DNA of 40,462 nucleotides from Candidatus Woesearchaeota archaeon (GCA_964342845.1 CAYFGV010000004.1:1-40462), one strand, 5' to 3'; shown: positions 9,564 to 18,397, counted from the stretch's first letter. Numbers and translations are program-made. The notes: a model not told the origin generated them from the letters alone.

Positions 9564-9959
9564 AGTAAGTTTTATTAATTAGGTGTGTTTTCTTGATTTA
9601 TGAAACCAACAAAACTTAAAGGACTTGTTGAAATTGCCTTAGGTGAGAGTGTATATCCTGTTAGTGAAATATCTAAATATATAAGCAAGTTGAGAGCGGG
9701 TTCTTTTTCTATAAAAAAAATAAAAAGTTATTTACAAGAGAATGATGATTTAGTTGTAGATTTTGAAAGATTAGGTATAAATGTTTCTGGTCGCCAGGCT
9801 AATATTATTTATGTTTCTGGTTCTGATTTGGATAGGCTTTTGTTGGGTTTAGGTGCTAATCTTACAAGGGAACAATTTGTAGAAGAAGCTGAAAAACAAG
9901 AACAAATATCTAGATATGGGAGATTTTCTTAAGTGTAGAAGATAGTAAGTTTTATTAAT
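9564..9959 (+). repeat. identical 16-bp promoter repeat AGTAAGTTTTATTAAT at 9564-9579 and 9944-9959
   Basis: Read directly. Each copy starts 36-37 nt before a paralogue ATG. Confidence 0.8.
9600..9932 (+). CDS. hypothetical protein, paralogue A
   Basis: Has its own promoter and aligns by eye with 9981..10343. Confidence 0.7.
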   Translation: MKPTKLKGLVEIALGESVYPVSEISKYISKLRAGSFSIKKIKSYLQENDDLVVDFERLGINVSGRQANIIYVSGSDLDRLLLGLGANLTREQFVEEAEKQEQISRYGRFS

Positions 9960-9980
9960 AAAAGAAATATTTAGAGTTCT

Positions 9981-10343
9981 ATGTCAAAAACTGATGATGT
10001 AAGAAGGATGGTTCAATCTAGGGTTGGTGAAGAGGTTTATTCTATTGGGAAAATAAATAATCTTGTTCAGGGTCTTCCTGGTTATTGTCCTGGTCAAGAT
10101 AAGATGTTGGCTTATGCTAGAGATAATGGTCTACTTTTAAACCTTACAGATCTTGGAATTGATTCTTCAATTAAACCTGAATCTTATATTAAAAAATCTG
10201 ATGTGCCTAAACTTTTAGATGGTTTAGATCTTGCTGTATCTTTAAATCAATTAGAGATAGAATTAGCAGTAGAAGAATTAAACATACCTGAAGATGTTAG
10301 AAAGAAAATGTTAAAAATTAATTATGAGTGTAGACGAACTTAA
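9981..10343 (+). CDS. hypothetical protein, paralogue B
   Basis: Has its own promoter and aligns by eye with 9600..9932. Confidence 0.7.
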   Translation: MSKTDDVRRMVQSRVGEEVYSIGKINNLVQGLPGYCPGQDKMLAYARDNGLLLNLTDLGIDSSIKPESYIKKSDVPKLLDGLDLAVSLNQLEIELAVEELNIPEDVRKKMLKINYECRRT

Positions 10344-11940
10344 AAGTATTATTTTCTATTTTATCTAATTTACAGAATGCAAATCTTTCAAACTGGATGA
10401 TGTCATTTATTTTTAATTTTTTAATTGTTTTTTCTGCTAATCCTTTTTTAATTTTAGAATCTGGCATTAGGATTTCTGTTTTAATTAAATCTTCATTAGG
10501 TAACCAGTGGATTAGTTTTGCTTTTAATTTTTGGTCGTATTCTTTTGAAAGAAATTGATTGTTTTTGAAATTGAATAAGTGCATCAATCTGTAGGTTTTA
10601 TTTTTAACTATTTTTTCTTCTATTAAGAATGTGTCTGAAGTTTTAAATGTTCTGTAACCTTTTTTTGGGAAGTCTGGATGTAGATGAATTTTAACTATTT
10701 CTTTTGTAAAATCTTTTATTTTTATTTTTTTAGGGTTTTCTATGAAAAAGTATCTGTTTGCAATTGGTTCTATTAAAGCTCTGTTTTCTGCATTTAGATT
10801 TTCTATAGAAACTTGAACATCTGTTTTTGTTAGCCTAGCCTTTTTAATGAAATTTTTAATTGCTTCTGGTTGGAAACCTTTTCTTTTTAATGCTTTTATT
10901 GTTCCTAAAGAAGGATCGTCCCAACCTTTGAGTTTTTTTTGTTCAATTAATTTTTTTATTTCTGATGTGCTTTTGATTCCTTTGACTAGTAATTTTCCAT
11001 GGTATTGCGTTTCTGGATATTTCCAGTCAAAATATTTGTAAATGTATTTTTGTCTGTCGTCTGATATACTTAAGTCTATTCCTCTAATTATGTGTGTTAT
11101 TTTAAATTCATGATCATCTATTGCAGAGGCGAAATTTAAGAGAGGCCAGACTTTTGAAGTTTTATCTAAAGGATGTTGTGGTTTGTCTACTATTCTAAAA
11201 GCAGGAAAGTCTCTTACTGCTGGGTTTTTGTGTTTTACATCTGTTTTAATTCTTAGGATGGCTTGTCCTTCTTTGTAATGGTTGAATAGTTTTTTCCATT
11301 CTTCTATGTTGTCTTTAGTGTTTCTGCATTCACAAGGTTGTTTTTTTATAGTTAGGTTTTTCTTTTTTTCTTGGTTGCAAGTACATACATATGCTTGTTT
11401 ATTTTTTATTAGGAGTTCTGCGTATTTGTAGTATATTTTCAGTCTTTTAGATTGGATTATGATTTTATCTGGTTTTAAGTTGAGCCATTTAAGGTCGTTT
11501 TCAATTTCTTTGTAAGCTTGTTTTAAAGGTATTTTATTTTTTGGATCTGTATCATCAAATCTAACAATGAAGGTTCCTTTGTATTTTTTTGCTAAAGTGT
11601 GGTTCCAGTATGCTGGTCTGCAGTGCCCTAGAGAAAGATAACCATTAGGATTTGGAGCAAATCTTAGAATTGGTTTTTTAGGATTTTTTAGTTCGAATTC
11701 TTTTTGGGTTTTTTCTTTTTTTTCTGTTGGACCTATTGCTTGAAGTTCTTGTTTTTGTTGTTCTAGAGTTAAAGAATTTACTTCTTCTGTTAGTTCTATG
11801 ATTAATTTTGAGATTTCTTTGATGTTGTTTTTTTCTTTTGGATGTGTTGAGAGGAATTTTCCTATTATTGCTTTTGGATTAGCCTTTCCTTTATAATTTA
11901 AGGCATTTTCTAGGATTAAGGCTCTTAGTTTTGTTTTCAT
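10318..11940 (-). CDS. gltX: glutamate--tRNA ligase (archaeal type)
   Basis: RFAPNPNG.LSLGH, RFDDTDP, YVCTC, THIIRG.D, GWDDP.L.T, QFERF.F. Confidence 0.95.
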   Translation of the reverse strand: MKTKLRALILENALNYKGKANPKAIIGKFLSTHPKEKNNIKEISKLIIELTEEVNSLTLEQQKQELQAIGPTEKKEKTQKEFELKNPKKPILRFAPNPNGYLSLGHCRPAYWNHTLAKKYKGTFIVRFDDTDPKNKIPLKQAYKEIENDLKWLNLKPDKIIIQSKRLKIYYKYAELLIKNKQAYVCTCNQEKKKNLTIKKQPCECRNTKDNIEEWKKLFNHYKEGQAILRIKTDVKHKNPAVRDFPAFRIVDKPQHPLDKTSKVWPLLNFASAIDDHEFKITHIIRGIDLSISDDRQKYIYKYFDWKYPETQYHGKLLVKGIKSTSEIKKLIEQKKLKGWDDPSLGTIKALKRKGFQPEAIKNFIKKARLTKTDVQVSIENLNAENRALIEPIANRYFFIENPKKIKIKDFTKEIVKIHLHPDFPKKGYRTFKTSDTFLIEEKIVKNKTYRLMHLFNFKNNQFLSKEYDQKLKAKLIHWLPNEDLIKTEILMPDSKIKKGLAEKTIKKLKINDIIQFERFAFCKLDKIENNTFKFVYTHN

Positions 11941-12050
11941 TATAGTTTATTTGTTCTTTGTGTATTTAAATTTATTTATGTTGTTTATTGATAGTAGTTA
12001 CAGAAACGAAAGGTTTATAAAGAGAATTATTCTATGATTATTGATTAAAA

Positions 12051-12425
12051 ATGAAAAATATTGCAATTATCGATGATTATGATTTAATGGCGGAAACTGT
12101 TTATGATTTTATTGAAGATATTTTGGATGATTTGGACAAATCTGATGAATTTAAGATATCTACTTATTCTGATGCACGTGTCGCATTAGGAGAATTAGGT
12201 TCTGGAGATATTGTGATAAGTGATATAGATATGTCTGGAAAGATGAATGGGTTAGATTTTGCTGAAGGGGCTAAGCAAGAAGGTATTAATGTTATATTAT
12301 CTAGTGGAAATCCTGAATATAAAGATCGTGTTAGTGGTAAATTTCCTTTTTTGTCTAAACCTTACTTATATGAAGATATTTCTAATTTAATTATTCCTTA
12401 TTTAAATGGTGGTTCTGATGAATGA
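12051..12425 (+). CDS. stand-alone CheY-like response regulator receiver
   Basis: IIDD, ISDIDM (phospho-Asp), NGLDF, LSSG, KPY. Confidence 0.85.
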   Translation: MKNIAIIDDYDLMAETVYDFIEDILDDLDKSDEFKISTYSDARVALGELGSGDIVISDIDMSGKMNGLDFAEGAKQEGINVILSSGNPEYKDRVSGKFPFLSKPYLYEDISNLIIPYLNGGSDE

Positions 12426-12660
12426 AGAAAATATAGGTATAATTGTAATTGGTCATACAGATCCTGATGATTGCGAGCTTTATTGTAATGTTTTGGGTGC
12501 TGAATTGAGTGAATCTGGTTTTAATGATGCTGTTGTGGTCGGTTATCAAAATTTATGGGATTACCTTAAGTCAAAACATGATGATTTTAGTATTTTAGTT
12601 CCTAGTGCATGCAGTGTAATTGATTCAACTGAGCTTATTTTAAAAATATGTCAATATTAA
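12418..12660 (+). CDS. hypothetical protein
   Basis: Overlaps the stop of the receiver gene and the start of the next gene, suggesting coupling. ATG 12418 has GGTGG upstream. Confidence 0.5.
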   Translation: MNEENIGIIVIGHTDPDDCELYCNVLGAELSESGFNDAVVVGYQNLWDYLKSKHDDFSILVPSACSVIDSTELILKICQY

Positions 12661-13091
12661 ATAAAAAAGAGGTTAAGAATTTATTGAAGGTTTTTGAGAA
12701 ACAGTTTGGTTTTTCTTCAAATTTAGATTATTTGTTTTTTAAGGCTAAAGATAAAATTTATATTTTGAGTAAAAAATTTGGTGAAGTTGATTTAAGGGGC
12801 GTTAATGTTGCGAATAAGGGCCTTTATTTTTGTAAGATTGAGAAAAGCGGTATTAGATTAAGTATTGAAGGAAGTCAGTTGATTGGTGATAGGTGTTCTA
12901 AAGGTGTTTATTCTTTAAATGAAGAAGAGTTTAAAAAATGGATGACTGGCGAGGATGTTGAAGCTAATGTTTCTGAAAAGTTTTTGATTATGAAATATAA
13001 GGAAGATTATTTAGGTTGTGGTATTTTTGCTAAAGGAGAAATTTTAAATTTTGTTGCTAAAGGTAGAAGAGTGAAGGCAGAGAGTTTTTAG
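12648..13091 (+). CDS. NIP7/RsmF C-terminal-like RNA-binding (PUA-like) protein
   Basis: GLYF, RLSIEGSQLIG, W..G.D, LGCG, NFV.K.RR pattern. Confidence 0.6.
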   Translation: MSILNKKEVKNLLKVFEKQFGFSSNLDYLFFKAKDKIYILSKKFGEVDLRGVNVANKGLYFCKIEKSGIRLSIEGSQLIGDRCSKGVYSLNEEEFKKWMTGEDVEANVSEKFLIMKYKEDYLGCGIFAKGEILNFVAKGRRVKAESF

Positions 13092-13231
13092 TGTGAAATG
13101 CTAGAATTTTGGGATCTTGTAGCTATAATTCTTAGTAACGTTGTTTATAGAAAATAGCTAATAAGTTTTTAGCATTGCAAAATTTTCTACACTTGCGTGA
13201 GGTTTATAAGGGTGTTAGTATTATTATAAGG

Positions 13232-14068
13232 ATGGTAAAAAAAGATAAATCTTTGGCTGTTTTTCAAGGGAAGGGTATTAGGAGAATATGGCATAAAGAT
13301 GAGTGGTTTTTTTCTGTGGTTGATGTTGTAGGTGTTTTAATAAATAGTGAGAATCCTCGGAATTATTGGAAGGTTCTTAAACATCGTTTAAATGATGAAG
13401 GGAGCGAGGTGGTTACAAAATGTAACCAACTGAAATTAAAGGCTTCTGATAGTAAATATTATGCTACTGATTGTGCAAATACAGAAAATATATTTAGAAT
13501 AATTCAATCTATTCCTTCTAAAAAAGCCGAACCTTTTAAGAGTTGGTTGGCTAAGATAGGATATGAGCGCGTTCAAGAGATAGAAGACCCAGAGTTAGCA
13601 CAGAAAAGAATGAAAGAAATCTATAAGCAAAAGGGTTATTCTGATGAGTGGGTTGAAAAAAGAGTTAGAGGGATAGCGATAAGAGATGAGCTTACAGATG
13701 AATGGGGTAAACGAGGAGTAAAAGATGATTTAGGTTATTCTATTTTAACTTCTGAAATATCTAAGGCTACTTTTGGAGTGAGTCCTAGAGAGTATAAGAA
13801 GTTTAAGGGTTTAAAAAGAGAAAATCTTAGAGACCATATGGATGATATTGAGCTTGTTCTTACAATGCTTGGAGAGACAACTACAACAAGATTTACTAGA
13901 GATAGAGATTCTAAAAGATTTTTTGAGTTGAAAAAAGATGCTAAAGATGGTGGTGATGTTGCTGGAGATACTAGGAAGAATATAGAGAAAAAACTTGGGA
14001 AGAAAGTTATTTCTAAAGAGAACTATCTTTTGAAGGAAGAGAAGAGGAAGAGGATTGAGAATAAGTAA
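13232..14068 (+). CDS. Bro-N domain (phage antirepressor-like) protein
   Basis: IRRIWH..EWFFSVVDVV, PRNYWKVLK.RL, RIIQSIPS.KAEPFK.WLA. TATA at about 13203 places the start at ATG 13232. Confidence 0.85.
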   Translation: MVKKDKSLAVFQGKGIRRIWHKDEWFFSVVDVVGVLINSENPRNYWKVLKHRLNDEGSEVVTKCNQLKLKASDSKYYATDCANTENIFRIIQSIPSKKAEPFKSWLAKIGYERVQEIEDPELAQKRMKEIYKQKGYSDEWVEKRVRGIAIRDELTDEWGKRGVKDDLGYSILTSEISKATFGVSPREYKKFKGLKRENLRDHMDDIELVLTMLGETTTTRFTRDRDSKRFFELKKDAKDGGDVAGDTRKNIEKKLGKKVISKENYLLKEEKRKRIENK

Positions 14069-14693
14069 AGTTGCATAAGTTTTTTAGAGGACAACTTTCA
14101 CACTCTGGTGTTTTTTTGCAGTTTGTTTTTGCTAATTGAACTATTAAAGCATGATATTCATTGAAAATTTTGTGGTCTTTTTCTAAGTTTGTGTGGAAAA
14201 GATTTTGAAGTTCTTTGTATGTGTTTTCTTTGAAGCCTAATCTCTGGAAGATTCTTTTTGTGTATGCATCTATTACAAAATAAGGTTGGTTGTAAGCATA
14301 TAGAAGGATTGAATCTGCTGTTTCTGGACCTATTCCCCAAATGTTTAGTAGGTTAGTTCTTGTTAGAGTTTCTTTAAATTTTAAAAATTCTTTTATTTTC
14401 TTTGCTTTTTGGTTATGGTACCCAGAAGGTTTGATTATTTTAGATAGTTTATCTGTTTCTATTTTTTCTAAATTATTTTTAATTAATAAATTATTGTTTT
14501 TTAGATTTTTTAAGGCTTTTTCTACGTTTTTCCAAGAAGTGTTTTGGGTTAGGATTGCTCCTAGAATAATTTCTAGTTGTTCTTTTGGGATGGTTTCTTT
14601 ATTATTTATATTGTATTTGTTGTTTATGGGCCACCAGCCTTGAGGGCCGAATTTGTTTAAAAGTAAATTGTAGATTTTTTGGATTTTATTCAT
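14013..14693 (-). CDS. HhH-GPD DNA glycosylase, endonuclease III-related, with [4Fe-4S] motif
   Basis: GAILTQNTSW.NV, GIGPETADSILLY, VIDAY, CX6CX2CX5C. Glu replaces the lyase Lys, so probably monofunctional. Confidence 0.88.
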   Translation of the reverse strand: MNKIQKIYNLLLNKFGPQGWWPINNKYNINNKETIPKEQLEIILGAILTQNTSWKNVEKALKNLKNNNLLIKNNLEKIETDKLSKIIKPSGYHNQKAKKIKEFLKFKETLTRTNLLNIWGIGPETADSILLYAYNQPYFVIDAYTKRIFQRLGFKENTYKELQNLFHTNLEKDHKIFNEYHALIVQLAKTNCKKTPECESCPLKNLCNFTYSQSSSSSLPSKDSSL

Positions 14694-14743
14694 GAAATCA
14701 TTAAAATAAAAAGCTTTTTAAGGTTTGAGGTTATCAAATTCTT

Positions 14744-15349
14744 ATGGAGAAAGAGTTTAAACAGGCTGTTAATACATATAATAAGATAGCTAAGCTTTAT
14801 GCTGATTATACTTATACTAAACTTATGCAATTTCAGTTAACTAAGTTTATTTCTTTGCTGAAAGGAAAAAAGGTTTTGGATGCTGGTTGTGGTGGTGGAA
14901 GAGATGTTGAATATTTTAAAGAAGAGGGTTTGAGTGTGCTGGGTATAGATATTTCTGAAGAAATGATTAAAGAGGCTAAAAAAAGGGTTTCTGGTGCTAG
15001 GTTTGAAGTTATGGATTTTAGTGATATTAAATTAAAAGATTCAACTGTTGATGGTGTTTGGTGTATGGCTGGTTTTTTGCATACTCCTAGAGATGAGATT
15101 GTTAAGGTTTTAAAAGAATTTTTTAGGGTTTTAAAGAAAGAAGGTGTTGTTTATGTTGCTGTTAGAGAAGGTGTTGGCGAGAAGGAGATTCGTAAAGAGA
15201 AGTATGGAAATGAGCCTAGAACTTATGTTTATTTTTCTAAGGAAGAACTTGTTGGTTATTTAGAAGAAGCTGGTTTTTCAATTGTAGAAGCAGAAGTTAA
15301 TGATGATGGTGGGAAGAAGTGGGTTGAGATTTTTGGGGAGAAGAGTTAG
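14744..15349 (+). CDS. class I SAM-dependent methyltransferase
   Basis: VLDAGCGGG, GIDIS, DGVW...FLH, LK.EG. Confidence 0.9.
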   Translation: MEKEFKQAVNTYNKIAKLYADYTYTKLMQFQLTKFISLLKGKKVLDAGCGGGRDVEYFKEEGLSVLGIDISEEMIKEAKKRVSGARFEVMDFSDIKLKDSTVDGVWCMAGFLHTPRDEIVKVLKEFFRVLKKEGVVYVAVREGVGEKEIRKEKYGNEPRTYVYFSKEELVGYLEEAGFSIVEAEVNDDGGKKWVEIFGEKS

Positions 15350-15740
15350 ATTCTTTTTTTGAAACTAAGTATATTAATAATATTGCTCCTATTACGTTAA
15401 CTGAATCTGCTATGTTAAAAATTGGCCAAATTTGTAAATCTATGAAATCTCTTACAAAACCAAAGTAGATTCTGTCGAATAAATTTGATAAAGAGCCTGC
15501 TATTAAGAAAGTTAGAGGCAGATAATATTCTTTGTTTTTTATTAGGTAGTATATTAAGAAAGAGATAATTATTATTGTTGTCAAAATTAGAAATGTTGTT
15601 TGACCTGTTAAAATACTAAAAGCTGCTCCTGTGTTTTCTGCATAGTTTATTATTCCTTTATGTACATCTGTAAATATTATTTTTGTTAATTGATCTAAAA
15701 AAATGATTATAAAAGAAATTAAAAGTATTCTTTTTACCAT
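15297..15740 (-). CDS. lspA: lipoprotein signal peptidase II
   Basis: DQLTK, NTGAAFS, G..SN..DR, VRDFI and FNIAD (both catalytic Asp), hydrophobic segments. Confidence 0.9.
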   Translation of the reverse strand: MVKRILLISFIIIFLDQLTKIIFTDVHKGIINYAENTGAAFSILTGQTTFLILTTIIIISFLIYYLIKNKEYYLPLTFLIAGSLSNLFDRIYFGFVRDFIDLQIWPIFNIADSVNVIGAILLIYLVSKKESNSSPQKSQPTSSHHHH

Positions 15741-15967
15741 TTCAATGCTTCTGGTTTTTCTTGTGGTTGTGGTTGTAATCTTGCTTCTATGTTTTCTAAT
15801 CTAGCTTCAATATTTTTTAGTTTTGATACTATTAAATCTAATTTTGTTGCTACATTTTCGTCTAGAACTGGTTTTTCTTCATGTAAGAAACTAGATGGTT
15901 CGTCTTTTAATAATGATTCTTCTTTTGTTAAATCTATTGGCTCTTCTTTTTTCTTGAATGGAAACAT
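15734..15967 (-). CDS. small coiled-coil protein
   Basis: Heptads KLDLIVSKLKNIEARLENIEARL. TATA upstream, and the 3' end overlaps the lspA start. Confidence 0.7.
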   Translation of the reverse strand: MFPFKKKEEPIDLTKEESLLKDEPSSFLHEEKPVLDENVATKLDLIVSKLKNIEARLENIEARLQPQPQEKPEALKW

Positions 15968-16057
15968 AGAAAGATTTATATGTTAAAGAGTTTAAATAAT
16001 TTTTGGAAATGTTTATGTTTTTCTTGCTGTTATTTTTCTTGGTCTTGGCTAGTTATT

Positions 16058-16714
16058 CTAGTGGCTTTCTTGTTTATTTCCTTTTATGATTATTGTAGAG
16101 TAATCAAACCAAGTTAATTTTTGTAGTTCTTCTAAGTTTTCTTTTCTTATTTTACCTTCTTTAGTTAAACTTATTGGTCCTGTATCATGATATATAAAAT
16201 GAGTACTATCGTATCCTACAAGATATATATAATGTCCTTTTAGTTCATTCCTTTCTTTGTTTAATAGGTTAAAGTTGATTAATAGTAAAGGTATGTTTTC
16301 TTGTTCTAGTGCACATTCTAGATATTCTACATCTATTTTTTTATTTGTTCCTAGTTTTTGTTCTAGGACATATCCCATACATCTAAGAAGGTTTTCCGAA
16401 CTTATTTTTTGGAACATTTTACCTCCTCTTCTATACCCGTAGAACTCTCTCATTTTGTTTTCTAAGTCTGAGTTTAATGTTTCTATAAGTTCTTTTTCTT
16501 TGTATGGGTAATAAAAGCCAATTTTCTCTTGATGGAGAAAAGGTATTATTTCTATGGGAGAAATTAATTTATCTCCTTTTCTGTTTATCCCTCTTATAAT
16601 TTTCTTTGTTGAAAGAGTTATGCTAAAGTATTCTAACATTCCTTTTAAAGAATACTCTGTGCAGTAAGGTCCTTTATTTTGATAAAGTGGGACGGTTAAA
16701 AAGACATTTTCCAT
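16058..16714 (-). CDS. C39-like (papain-fold) cysteine peptidase, stand-alone
   Basis: VPLYQNKGPYC..SL.GML.YF (Gln/Cys) and GHYIYLVGYD...FIYHD (His/Asp). Confidence 0.75.
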   Translation of the reverse strand: MENVFLTVPLYQNKGPYCTEYSLKGMLEYFSITLSTKKIIRGINRKGDKLISPIEIIPFLHQEKIGFYYPYKEKELIETLNSDLENKMREFYGYRRGGKMFQKISSENLLRCMGYVLEQKLGTNKKIDVEYLECALEQENIPLLLINFNLLNKERNELKGHYIYLVGYDSTHFIYHDTGPISLTKEGKIRKENLEELQKLTWFDYSTIIIKGNKQESH

Positions 16715-16730
16715 TCTTTATTACCTTTCT

Positions 16731-17159
16731 CTATTTTCTATATCTTTGTCTGTAGTCATTATAAGTATCTGTATGTTTTCTACTAGTTTCGTCTGTATGA
16801 ATATCATCAAAATCAGTATGACTTCCCCGTCCTCTGTCACCTGCTCCGTAATCTGTTACATCACAGTGCGTTCCTGAAGTAGATTGGCGGTCTGTATGGC
16901 TATCTTCGTACCATGTATCTGAATGTCCATCTGTGTAATCTACATGGTCTTTATATTCTGAATAGTCACTGTGGTCTTTATAGTCTCTTTTGTGATAGTC
17001 TGCATGGTTATCTGAATGGCTGTCTCCGTAATTAAATAAAAATCTTCTTCCATCGTGAACCCTTCTATTGAATATTGAATTTAATCTTCTATTTTTAATT
17101 TTATTTAGATTTATTTTCCCCCCTTTAAATTCTATTATACATTCTTTTTTTTGATTCAT
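16731..17159 (-). CDS. putative RiPP precursor: basic leader plus His/Tyr-X-Asp repeat core
   Basis: 17 aromatic-X-Asp motifs in residues 44-135. SD AGGAGG. Lies between the rSAM/SPASM and peptidase genes. Confidence 0.8.
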   Translation of the reverse strand: MNQKKECIIEFKGGKINLNKIKNRRLNSIFNRRVHDGRRFLFNYGDSHSDNHADYHKRDYKDHSDYSEYKDHVDYTDGHSDTWYEDSHTDRQSTSGTHCDVTDYGAGDRGRGSHTDFDDIHTDETSRKHTDTYNDYRQRYRK

Positions 17160-17177
17160 TTTAATTGCCTCCTTAAT

Positions 17178-18290
17178 TTATTTTACCTCTGCTTTTTCTA
17201 ACTCTTGTTCAATTTTTCCTGCTATGTGTTGGAATAGTAGTTTGTAACTAGCACAATAATGATCTTTAGTATGGATATCTTCTGTGAACATATAGGCGTT
17301 GTGCATACACCCGGAATTACAAATTTTCTTATAATCACAACTAGTGCATTCTTCAATTTTTGAACTTCTTTGTCTTAGTTCACCTCTTTTTTCTGAAGTT
17401 AATACCTCATAAAGGTCGTTTTCATTTATGTTTCCTAGATTAAAATCTTCTATTCCTTCGAATCTTCCGCAAGGATAAATATCTCCTTCTGGACCTATTG
17501 AGATGAAACTACTTTGACATGAGATAGAATAATTACATCCCCAAGGTTCTTCTGTTAGAATATTTCCCATCAATTCTTCAAAAGGATCTATTGATACTGA
17601 TGAATCATCTTGAAACCACACATCAAATAGTTTTGTTAATGCTTTTCCGTATTCTGCTGAGCCAATACCTAAATCATGGTAGTTTATTGTTGCTTTTCCT
17701 GATTTAATAAGAGGGTTTAATTTAAGATTTATATTTTCTGTTTGAGCAAATTCATATATTTCTGTTAGGTAGTTTATGTTTAGCTTATTTACTACAACAA
17801 TAGCACCACCTCCAACATCTCTTTCTTGTGCTTTTTTGATTGCTTTTAGTGTTTTCTTAAAACTACTATTTTTGTTCTTAAAATGCCTTGTTCTATCATT
17901 TATTCTTTTTGGGCCGTCTAAACTAAACCCTAAATCAAAGCTGTATTCTTCACAAAAATCCAAAATTTCTTCAGTTACTAAAGTTCCATTAGTTTGGAAC
18001 CCGTTTGTTGTTTTTTTACCTGGGTATTTTCTTTGTAAATTGAGTGCTTTTTCATAAAATTCTATTGGCATCAACAATGGTTCTCCTCCGTGCCAAATAA
18101 AATGTACTATGTCATGAATTTCTAAAGATTTTGAAATCATATTTTCAAGGGTTTTATCATTCATTCTCTCTTGACTAGAATTATGGTCCGTATAACAATA
18201 TTCACATGAAAGGTTACATTCTGATGTTGGTTTGACTATTATTGAGAGTCTTCTTGGTGGTAATCTTGAATTTTTGGCTTTTTTTACCAT
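17178..18290 (-). CDS. radical SAM/SPASM peptide maturase
   Basis: KPTSECNLSCEYC, WHGGEPLL, QTNG, SLDGP. SPASM Cys set: CNYSISC, YPC, CTSCDYKKICNSGC, HYC. Confidence 0.92.
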   Translation of the reverse strand: MVKKAKNSRLPPRRLSIIVKPTSECNLSCEYCYTDHNSSQERMNDKTLENMISKSLEIHDIVHFIWHGGEPLLMPIEFYEKALNLQRKYPGKKTTNGFQTNGTLVTEEILDFCEEYSFDLGFSLDGPKRINDRTRHFKNKNSSFKKTLKAIKKAQERDVGGGAIVVVNKLNINYLTEIYEFAQTENINLKLNPLIKSGKATINYHDLGIGSAEYGKALTKLFDVWFQDDSSVSIDPFEELMGNILTEEPWGCNYSISCQSSFISIGPEGDIYPCGRFEGIEDFNLGNINENDLYEVLTSEKRGELRQRSSKIEECTSCDYKKICNSGCMHNAYMFTEDIHTKDHYCASYKLLFQHIAGKIEQELEKAEVK

Positions 18291-18323
18291 TTTGTAGGCC
18301 TAAATTAGGTTAACTACTACTTC

Positions 18324-18340
18324 CTTATAAAATTTGTGTT
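18324..18340 (-). promoter_or_regulatory. TATA box of the rSAM operon
   Basis: Minus strand reads CACAAATTTTATAAG about 35 nt upstream of the rSAM ATG, back-to-back with the + promoter AGAAAAGTTTATA at about 18358. Confidence 0.55.
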
Positions 18341-18397
18341 TTGATTAATTATTGGATAGAAAAGTTTATATTGTTTCTAATTTAAATATAATCTAAA

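Noticed and set aside
13232-14068. Bro-N gene as a prophage marker
   Set aside because: No integrase, capsid, terminase or att repeats nearby.
15297-15349. LspA C-terminus ending in HHHH
   Set aside because: It is a by-product of the antisense overlap with GAT/GGT codons of the methyltransferase gene.
16731-17030. Repeats in the precursor gene as a CRISPR array or DNA tandem repeat
   Set aside because: The periodicity is at the amino-acid level with variable codons, and there are no constant 25-40 bp repeats with spacers.
17178-18290. rSAM as an anaerobic sulfatase-maturating enzyme
   Set aside because: The motifs are similar, but no sulfatase is adjacent. The alkaline-phosphatase-family gene at 31522 has a Thr-type STT motif, not C/SxPxR. 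The neighbouring peptide and peptidase favour a RiPP role.
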